This document shows, one piece after another, positions 14,865 through 21,366 of a stretch of 21,366 bases of DNA. Location of the stretch: positions 1 to 21,366 of the IMG/VR virus record IMGVR_UViG_3300017992_000015, one strand, 5' to 3'. The first letter of the stretch is position 1, and each line of letters opens with the position of its first letter. A program made the position numbers and the translations under genes. Source of the DNA: a virus (taxonomy: Duplodnaviria > Heunggongvirae > Uroviricota > Caudoviricetes). Under the pieces are notes generated by a model. That model was given only the letters and a program-made list of their open reading frames with translations, made no database searches and was not told the DNA's origin.

Positions 14865-15357
14865 TGGTCGCTGCCTCCATTGCTTCCACAACGGGCCGTG
14901 TCTCCGCATCCAGCTGGTAGAAACCTTTCATGGCAGCGATGAAGTCAGCGCCGCAGGTTTGCTGCAGTTGGTCGAAGAGTGGCCTGATGGCCGCAAGTAC
15001 GGAAGTCGGCATGGTGTTGAGATCGAGCTTGAGCTCGCCCGGCACCGTGCCGTCCGTTACGGGAAACGTAAACGTGACGAACGGTAACCCGTTGGGCGCT
15101 TGCCCTGGGTTCTTGATCAGCTCGTCGATCCTGGTCACCACGTTCCGAAAGTGTCCGTACGCATCGTTCTGACGCGTCAGCTCGCGTGCGAGCTGTGCGT
15201 ATCCAGACGCATACTCTTGCAAGCTCCGCTGTCGCTGCTGTGGCGGCTCAGCGGGGGTTTGCGGCTGGGGCGCCTCCTGTTGGGGAGGCTGCTCCACCTG
15301 CGCCGGCAGCTGCATGAATTGTTGTGGCGGCTGCGGCGCCATTGGGTTCTCGCTCAT
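14854..15357 (-). CDS. Hypothetical protein with Pro/Gln-rich N-terminus (167 aa)
   Basis: TAATG stop/start coupling at 15357. Confidence 0.8.
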   Translation of the reverse strand: MSENPMAPQPPQQFMQLPAQVEQPPQQEAPQPQTPAEPPQQRQRSLQEYASGYAQLARELTRQNDAYGHFRNVVTRIDELIKNPGQAPNGLPFVTFTFPVTDGTVPGELKLDLNTMPTSVLAAIRPLFDQLQQTCGADFIAAMKGFYQLDAETRPVVEAMEAATSGG

Positions 15358-15755
15358 TAGCCTTGGGCCTCTTGAGTCTGCACTGCAAAACCGATCCAGT
15401 AGCGGTACACGCCTTCGGCGTCGAGCCGCTCGATTGGATCACCTAAGATGATATGGGTACGCTCAGCATGCGGCTGCCGCTCAACGTACCTCTGGATCAC
15501 ATCCATTGCCCCGAGCAACATGTGCATAAGATCGAGGCGACTGCGGTACGGGATCAGCGGGATGTTGACCAGCTGTCCCGATTCGACGATCGCCCAATCC
15601 AGCGGATCTTCTGCGCCTGGCTGGTCGAGGTTTAATGGTTCTTTGCGAACTATCCAGGCGTCGCCCTCTCGCAGCCGCAGTGGCCGTTGAGGCTTAACGC
15701 CGGCATCCAGGAATTCCTGGATAGGAAAGATCTCTGCAGTATGCTTTCTACTCAT
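15357..15755 (-). CDS. Hypothetical protein (132 aa)
   Basis: ATG 15755 with GGAGG 5 nt upstream; ATGA overlap with the glycosyltransferase stop. Confidence 0.8.
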   Translation of the reverse strand: MSRKHTAEIFPIQEFLDAGVKPQRPLRLREGDAWIVRKEPLNLDQPGAEDPLDWAIVESGQLVNIPLIPYRSRLDLMHMLLGAMDVIQRYVERQPHAERTHIILGDPIERLDAEGVYRYWIGFAVQTQEAQG

Positions 15756-16615
15756 TCTCGCCTCCGGCGGTAACGGCTTCGTGAGAGCTGCCACTCGTCG
15801 TTCGGCGAACGGTGATTAGCTGGCCGCACGTAGTTGGTACCGCAAGGGTCCTGGGAGTGTCCGCGCCGTGGCGCTGTCGAGCATCTGCCGCTTGCATCGC
15901 AGTTGATGCCCAGTCCCTTCGTAAAGTGCTTTATACGATATCCCTGCTGATGACACAACTCCCCGAGTAGCAAATCTCCGCCGTTGTGCTGTAAGTCCTC
16001 TGACGGCCAGTTCCATTGTTGGATAATCGGGGTACGGATTGTCCACCAGCCACCGGTAATGAACCCGGGGCGCCGGGCTATTGGTTTGCCCGCGTACCAC
16101 GGTTGGTCTTCGATGTACTGTCGTTGATTGCCCCGCAGGGCCATCACGTACTTGGCGCCGATCATGTCGGCAGTGTCTGCCGGCGTAAGCGTGCCGTCGG
16201 GCTTTCGCTTACGCGCACCATACTCCATGAAGTCCTGAATGCCCCGGAAGAAACCGTTGGCACAGGTGTTGATGAACGAGTCGTCATCGAACCACATGAT
16301 GTAGGGCGTCTTGATCGGCATCTCGTAGAACATCCGGCGCATCGTCGGATACTTGAAGAAGGGGGAATGCCCTTTCAGACACATCTCCAACGGATCGCGG
16401 CACGCGCCACGCAGCTTAGCCGTCTGCCATTTAGCGACGTGGCTCAGTAAGTCCGTCTCCGACTGCACGCCGAGGCCCTGCCAGCCGATACGGAGATTAA
16501 ACCACGGGTACCACTCCGGGTTGCTCAACGAGTCGAGACACCTATTGAGCAACTCCGGATAGTTCCCGTAGAGTAAAACGCACACCGTAAACTGCGGTGT
16601 TATGGGCGTTTTCAC
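15752..16615 (-). CDS. GT-A fold (GT2-like) glycosyltransferase
   Basis: FTVCVLLYG...LLNRCLDSL N-terminus, DxD motif WFDDDS, FITGGWW and GGDLLLG; GTGA coupling to the upstream gene. Confidence 0.8.
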   Translation of the reverse strand: MKTPITPQFTVCVLLYGNYPELLNRCLDSLSNPEWYPWFNLRIGWQGLGVQSETDLLSHVAKWQTAKLRGACRDPLEMCLKGHSPFFKYPTMRRMFYEMPIKTPYIMWFDDDSFINTCANGFFRGIQDFMEYGARKRKPDGTLTPADTADMIGAKYVMALRGNQRQYIEDQPWYAGKPIARRPGFITGGWWTIRTPIIQQWNWPSEDLQHNGGDLLLGELCHQQGYRIKHFTKGLGINCDASGRCSTAPRRGHSQDPCGTNYVRPANHRSPNDEWQLSRSRYRRRRE

Positions 16616-17739
16616 TTGCTTACTCCCACTCGCCCCTTGCGGCGAGCTGCAGCGCGAGCTTCACGTTTCTTTTTCTTTTCCCGCTCTGCGGCAGACTTGG
16701 CTCGCCGTTGAGCGTTTCGTTGTTTGCCAAGGTTGACAGTCTCTTCCTCTTCCCAGTCCTCTTCGTCTTGGGCGGAATCTTCCTCAACCTCGTCGTCCTC
16801 TTCCTCCTCCGCGTCTTCCGCTTCGTCTTCAGCGTAGACGTCGTCGTTCGGATCGAAGTCGTCATCGTCGTCCTCCCCCTCGTCGATATCGTCTTCGTAG
16901 TCCTCTTCGGCAGCTTCGGCAGCCGCGGCTTCTTCCTCAGCCTCCGCCTGGGCCTTACGACGGGCCTCGATGTCCTCCTCAACTTGCATGAGCTGCTCTT
17001 CGAGGGAGGCGGCGCACTCCTGCATGGACACGAGCTTCGCACGCGTGTCGGCGACGGCCTGGACGAGCTTGTCGTTCAGCTTGTCGGCCGGGATGCTGGC
17101 CACCTCGCCGCAGATGTCGTAGACGTCGCCCGTCCACGCCTCCTCGAAGTTCTGGACGAACTTGTTGGCCTGCGAACGTACATGGCTGAACATGCCGACC
17201 GGCGATGCCGGGATCTTGGTCTTCACCTTGGCGCCGGAACCGCGTTTCTTGCGGTTGGCCAGCTCCTTGACACGGTCCCAGAGGTCCTTGGCGTTCCAGC
17301 TCTGTTCGAGCGTGGAGGCGGCCAGCTGGTTCCGCAGCTTGTCGTCGCCAATCTGGGCGAGGTACACGAGGTGCGACCAGTTCAACGTGTTCTGCGCTTC
17401 GCCCTTCAGCCGGACGAGCTTGTTGAACTCCTTCTTCGTCTTGAAAGTCTCCACAACAGTCATGGTGTTGCGGAGCTGTTGGTCTGTCTTGTAGCCGAGA
17501 GCCTTGGCCATGCGCAGCAACACGCGCTTGCCGTAGATGTCCTCACGGTCTTTGGCGTCTTCATAGATCTTCTTGACCTTTTGACCGAGCTCCCAATACC
17601 ACCAGATGTCGTCCTTGGCGCGCTTGGTGATATATTCGTTTAACTCCTTGAAGGCCTTCTCTTCGGCCTTCGTGAAGGTGGATTGTGCTTGAAGAGCGGT
17701 GTACTCTTCGACCTTGGCGGGTAGAGTGGTTTTTGCCAT
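16612..17739 (-). CDS. DUF1016 (YhcG) N-terminal-like domain protein with coiled coil, acidic tract and basic tail
   Basis: YWELGQKV, YGKRVLLRMAKAL, LNWSHLVYL...DKLRNQL...SWNAKDL match the DUF1016_N pattern. No PD-(D/E)xK domain follows. Confidence 0.65.
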   Translation of the reverse strand: MAKTTLPAKVEEYTALQAQSTFTKAEEKAFKELNEYITKRAKDDIWWYWELGQKVKKIYEDAKDREDIYGKRVLLRMAKALGYKTDQQLRNTMTVVETFKTKKEFNKLVRLKGEAQNTLNWSHLVYLAQIGDDKLRNQLAASTLEQSWNAKDLWDRVKELANRKKRGSGAKVKTKIPASPVGMFSHVRSQANKFVQNFEEAWTGDVYDICGEVASIPADKLNDKLVQAVADTRAKLVSMQECAASLEEQLMQVEEDIEARRKAQAEAEEEAAAAEAAEEDYEDDIDEGEDDDDDFDPNDDVYAEDEAEDAEEEEDDEVEEDSAQDEEDWEEEETVNLGKQRNAQRRAKSAAEREKKKKREARAAARRKGRVGVSK

Positions 17740-17754
17740 TACTGAAAATAGCTC

Positions 17755-18855
17755 CTACAGTGGGATGCGCTTGGCGAGGACGTCGTACGCCGCTCGCTCA
17801 AGACTTTCGCGAACTTCGGGATATTGGCCGTCGGCATGCTCCATGATTACCACGAAGAAGTCTTCGACCGTACGCTCTGCCACGCGCCGCATCCGTTCTT
17901 TCAACGGATCGTCACGCACGTCTGTGTAAATGGCTTGGCGTATCATAGCGTCAGCAAGGCCCTTGTCGACATAGTTGGACAACCTGGTTGCCACTCGTCG
18001 CTGCCATGTGCGCTTGATCTTACCCGTGTCGTCGAGGACATCCAGCGTGGTCGCCAGATGCTCGATGTCGTTAACCACATCGACGATACCGTCCCAGTCG
18101 TGCAATACCTTCATCACCATGCGCTGGAGCCGTTTCATGAAGCTCTTTCCCACATGGGTTATGCTGTGTAGCTTGGATATGCATCGGAGGGGTGTATCGT
18201 CGTACTGGAGCAGCAATGAGCTGCGTACGCCGCACTCACCTGCTTCGCTGTTCGTCACGTAGCAGCCACCGTAGAGATCCTGTCCGGCTGGCGTGGTAGC
18301 CAGGGCCTCGGGGGCCAGGAAGGTAACGCTCATGCGGCGGCCGGTCAACGTTCCGCCCCAGAACTCCATCGGCACAGAGTGTGTGGCCAGGAGGTCAGAG
18401 GCGCCGTCGAGCAGCAGGTGATTGGCGAGGTACTGATAGCGGACACCGACGACACCGTCGATGACCTTCGTATTGTGGTTCTGGATCAACAGTCGTCCGC
18501 AGATCCCATCTTTTACACGGAATCGGAGCTGCACGCAGTCATTGAAGATGCGTGCTGCCAACGCTGGCGAGATCACTCCATCGAAGGATCTCGAACCACG
18601 CGTGACACCACCGATATCCATGATCAGCGGCCAAAGTCCCTTGGCCACAAACATGCAGATTTGCTTGAAAGCAAGCGGAGAGAGGCGAAAGCCACTCTCT
18701 ACGAGACAGCCGGCATCGTCCAGGAGCAGGTCTTCCGGATGGTTGATCGGCACCTGGACGGTGTACTGATCGGCTGTGTTCAGCGCTTCGAGGAACCCGT
18801 CGAACTGGTCCGGCGCGTACACCTCGGCTTTTGGTTTGACTAGGAATTTATTCAT
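17755..18855 (-). CDS. DUF932-like protein
   Basis: DGVVGVRYQYLAN and GCYVTNSEAG...ITHVG resemble the DUF932 conserved blocks; the usual CxNG is not seen. Confidence 0.5.
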   Translation of the reverse strand: MNKFLVKPKAEVYAPDQFDGFLEALNTADQYTVQVPINHPEDLLLDDAGCLVESGFRLSPLAFKQICMFVAKGLWPLIMDIGGVTRGSRSFDGVISPALAARIFNDCVQLRFRVKDGICGRLLIQNHNTKVIDGVVGVRYQYLANHLLLDGASDLLATHSVPMEFWGGTLTGRRMSVTFLAPEALATTPAGQDLYGGCYVTNSEAGECGVRSSLLLQYDDTPLRCISKLHSITHVGKSFMKRLQRMVMKVLHDWDGIVDVVNDIEHLATTLDVLDDTGKIKRTWQRRVATRLSNYVDKGLADAMIRQAIYTDVRDDPLKERMRRVAERTVEDFFVVIMEHADGQYPEVRESLERAAYDVLAKRIPL

Positions 18856-18865
18856 GGAAACAAAA

Positions 18866-19381
18866 TCAGGCGCACCACTCCTCGGCTGGGCCGAAGCGTT
18901 CCACCAGATTGTCCAGGGTTTCCAGATAGTAACATCTTCCGTTGATGCGCCAGTAGCGCAACGACGTGCCTAGATCGGTATGCATGGAGAAGTCGTGCAG
19001 GACGTACCAGCGGCCGTGGTTCAGCCAGTTGAACACGACGCCCTGGTATGTGCACTCGCCCTTCGGCGTGCCGTCAGTGATGTCCAAGAACTGCATGAAC
19101 ATCGGCGTGCGTAGTGGACGCTGCTCCAAGGTTTTTTCGATGTCCGCCGGTGAGCGGATTTTGATGGCGTGCAAGAGCAGCGGAAAATGTGCATGCTCAT
19201 GCAACGCCTCAAACGTCATTAGATCGCCATCTGAGACGAGGAGCGCGCGCTCGGCAGTGCCGACCTTTGCTCGTTTGACAATTCTGTCCACGGCGCCGTG
19301 CTCATACTGCGCGAGCTTGTTGCCCTCCGCCTCGTGATCTGTTTTGTCCCAAAAGTCCATTGGATTGATGGGATTACTCAT
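18866..19381 (-). CDS. Hypothetical protein (171 aa)
   Basis: ATG 19381 overlaps the recombinase stop by 8 nt and is preferred over the track start at 19474. Confidence 0.75.
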   Translation of the reverse strand: MSNPINPMDFWDKTDHEAEGNKLAQYEHGAVDRIVKRAKVGTAERALLVSDGDLMTFEALHEHAHFPLLLHAIKIRSPADIEKTLEQRPLRTPMFMQFLDITDGTPKGECTYQGVVFNWLNHGRWYVLHDFSMHTDLGTSLRYWRINGRCYYLETLDNLVERFGPAEEWCA

Positions 19382-20729
19382 TGGATGGCCATTCCACCTG
19401 GCTGGGGTAGGCATCGTGGTCGATGATGTTCTGCTGGATCTCTCGCAAACGCTGCTGGTTGAGATCCGAAGCATCGGCTTGCGCGATCACATGCGCCTGA
19501 GCCTCTTGCTGCGCCAGGAAATCGACGCCGGGTCGGAAGAACTGACGGCGCTGAATGCCGGTAACATTGTACAGGTCCTTCAGCACATCAGGCTTCGTCT
19601 CGAGGATCATGCCGAGATCGTGCGGCGGCATCGCCTCCGAAGAGGGGACGCCCAACGCGTTCGACCAGTATAGCTTCCCGCGGCTGCCGCCCGACTTCTC
19701 GTGGATGTCGCAGGCTTCCTTCATCTTGGGCACAAGCCTTTGGGCCTTAGCGGCCGACAGCCCGTTGCCAGTGGCGATGAAGAGGATGGAGGCTTCCCAC
19801 CACTCAAAACGAGAGTGGAGCCTGAACGTATCAGGCGCGTCCTCCTGCAGCCACGTCTTGAACCGCACCTTGATCTTGGAGTCATCAGCTCCATAAGAGT
19901 TCTTCAACATGGAGAAGCGGATGGTAGCCGCCTTGTAGTTGTTGAACTCCTTGATCCCGCCCATCTTCTCCAACTCGAAGATAGCAGAGCACTGGAACTT
20001 CAGCGCCCAACCACCTGGGATGTTGTAGTCGACGGTGCCGTCAGGATTGCGGTTGATCTTCATGTGGTTGACACCCACGAAGGTGAACGGCCACCCGAGA
20101 AGCATCTGCGGATAGGCACGCATGTAGTCGGCCATCTGTCGCGCTTCCACGGGGAAGTGCAGATTGGCATGACCAACCTTCTGGATGTTCTTCAGCGTAT
20201 GCTCACTGGCCTTGCCGGTCAGCGAGTCGACGACAGCGCACCACGGGATGTCCCGCGTACCCGCCTTCTCCATCCGCTTTTGCAAGCCGACGGTATAGCG
20301 AGTCAGCTTGCGCTGCCAGTCTTCAAAGGTTTCGCAGTCCTCGATATCGACTGCTTTCAGGTCCCAGTTCAGGACACTGTTGCGTAACTCAGATGTCGGC
20401 TTCGTCTCAGCCTCACACAACAATCCACGCCCACCGCACAGGCGGTGCCAGCGAACTACTTCCATCGCGAACGTGGATTTGTAGGACGCCTCCGGTCCTA
20501 CTGCTTGATACATACAACTCAACGGCAGGCCTTCGTTCTGAATGAGATACCTCATACTGAACGCAGGCACGGGCAGCACTTGCATCACCGGATTGTGACC
20601 GACAAGCATGCCCTCCTTCTGCAGCTTCGTTTGGACTGTTTCTACCACTGAATCGAACAGTTCGTCGTTCGGGCAGAAGTCCTCAACAGGCAACTCTTCA
20701 GCTGGATTGGGCTTCTTTTTCTTAGCCAT
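19374..20729 (-). CDS. recA: RecA/UvsX-family recombinase
   Basis: Walker A GPEASYKST, Walker B VVDSL, FVGVNH and PGGWALKFQCS (RecA signature region), LKNSYG. Confidence 0.9.
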   Translation of the reverse strand: MAKKKKPNPAEELPVEDFCPNDELFDSVVETVQTKLQKEGMLVGHNPVMQVLPVPAFSMRYLIQNEGLPLSCMYQAVGPEASYKSTFAMEVVRWHRLCGGRGLLCEAETKPTSELRNSVLNWDLKAVDIEDCETFEDWQRKLTRYTVGLQKRMEKAGTRDIPWCAVVDSLTGKASEHTLKNIQKVGHANLHFPVEARQMADYMRAYPQMLLGWPFTFVGVNHMKINRNPDGTVDYNIPGGWALKFQCSAIFELEKMGGIKEFNNYKAATIRFSMLKNSYGADDSKIKVRFKTWLQEDAPDTFRLHSRFEWWEASILFIATGNGLSAAKAQRLVPKMKEACDIHEKSGGSRGKLYWSNALGVPSSEAMPPHDLGMILETKPDVLKDLYNVTGIQRRQFFRPGVDFLAQQEAQAHVIAQADASDLNQQRLREIQQNIIDHDAYPSQVEWPSNE

Positions 20730-20743
20730 TGGATATTGGTCCT

Positions 20744-20779
20744 AAGAAACGCTCCGCCCGGCCACGGACCGGGCGGAGC
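20744..20779 (-). terminator. Hairpin between the upstream gene and recA (terminator or attenuator)
   Basis: GCTCCGCCCGG-TCCGTGG-CCGGGCGGAGC, a perfect 11-bp stem, followed by GTTTCTT. Confidence 0.5.
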
Positions 20780-20801
20780 TGAGGTGCAGAAATAGTAACG
20801 T

Positions 20802-21366
20802 CTATCCGCCGGCGTCAGCAGCACGCGCACGAGCCCTTGCGAGGGCATCCTGCGTAGCCGCCGATCGCTCCGGCGTAGTGTGCGTCGGCTGCGCCTGCGG
20901 CGCTGCTTCTGCATTCGTCATTGTCTGCTGTGGCGCAGGAGCAGCCTCTGGAGGAGGCGTTTGCTCGGGTTGCGTCACGGAAGCCATGGGATTCCCAGCT
21001 GCCTCAGGAGCGGCCGTAGGCGGCGGCGTGGTAGCCGCCGGCATGGCAGGATCCTGCTGCGTAGCTGCGGGGGAAGCACCCATCGGCGACGGGGCTTCCT
21101 GTGATTGCATTGGATTTGGTGTCCCACCACCCTCAGAGGCAACGCTCTGGAACGGAACCGTCGTCTGCGTGTTTTGGGCACGCGCCTGATCGAAGATGTG
21201 TTGCGGGATGAACTCCTGGTACACATCACCGAGGGCGTAGACGATGGCCGTCGCTGGAATGCCAGCGCCGCACAACATGCGGACCTGGTCCTCAATGGTG
21301 GGGATTCGTACGATCTCGTCCCAGGGACGAACGTGGGATTCGGCCAGGCCGTGGATCCCTTCGAAC
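20802..21366 (-). CDS. C-terminal part of a protein starting outside the window; possibly a phage ssDNA-binding protein
   Basis: The frame stays open upstream of the track start at 21278 (FEGIHGLAESHVRPWDEIVRIPTIEDQVRM...) to the window edge; long Pro/Ala/Gln-rich tail. The SSB guess rests on its position next to the recombinase. Confidence 0.6.
   Translation of the reverse strand, partial: FEGIHGLAESHVRPWDEIVRIPTIEDQVRMLCGAGIPATAIVYALGDVYQEFIPQHIFDQARAQNTQTTVPFQSVASEGGGTPNPMQSQEAPSPMGASPAATQQDPAMPAATTPPPTAAPEAAGNPMASVTQPEQTPPPEAAPAPQQTMTNAEAAPQAQPTHTTPERSAATQDALARARARAADAGG

Larger units (their letters stand above)
1..21366. mobile_element. Segment of a large dsDNA tailed bacteriophage genome (free phage or prophage cannot be distinguished)
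   Basis: Portal-like gene, UvsX-style recombinase, RuvC, free-standing EndoVII, tRNA-like gene, nearly unidirectional tightly packed genes, many ORFans, no cellular housekeeping operon. No integrase or att site in the window. Confidence 0.85.

Noticed and set aside
16742-16945. GAA/GAC-rich stretch as a DNA tandem repeat
   Set aside because: Degenerate codon-level repetition encoding the acidic tract, with no fixed repeat unit.
15790-18000. Repeated 12-mer TGCCACTCGTCG near 15790 and 17989
   Set aside because: Both copies lie within coding sequence in unrelated contexts; consistent with chance.
19374-20729. Intein in the oversized RecA or portal
   Set aside because: No C/S...HN-C/S/T splice motifs or LAGLIDADG blocks; the extra length is terminal extension.
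1-21366. Stop-codon reassignment (alternative genetic code)
   Set aside because: Genes tile tightly under the standard code and end in TAA, TAG and TGA; no conserved protein appears split; the tRNA-like anticodon is CAU, not a suppressor.
1-21366. CRISPR array, IS element, integrase or att site
   Set aside because: No regularly spaced repeats, transposase or integrase motifs, or terminal inverted repeats were seen.

Overview
A high-GC, densely coding segment that is most likely from a large tailed-phage genome. About 30 genes run on the minus strand; most have clear SD sites and many overlap. Only one gene runs on the plus strand. Recognisable products: a probable portal protein with a Zn-ribbon insertion, a free-standing endonuclease VII (HNH) gene inserted in the opposite orientation, a RuvC-like resolvase, a DEDDh exonuclease and a possible catalytically dead relative, an HhH-type DNA glycosylase, a GT2 glycosyltransferase, a DUF1016-N-like protein with an acidic tail, a DUF932-like protein, a UvsX-style RecA, and a truncated gene upstream of it (possibly an SSB). 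Roughly 20 genes are unassignable by eye. The most unusual element is missing from the ORF track: a 106-nt tRNA-like RNA at 8798..8903 (-). It has an initiator-tRNA anticodon arm (GCGGG-CUCAUAA-CCCGC), an 8+5 bp acceptor/T stack, a G3-U70 pair, a 37-nt variable arm and no encoded CCA. It sits in the leader of a downstream gene block. All family calls come from motif recognition by eye; no searches or folding programs were run.
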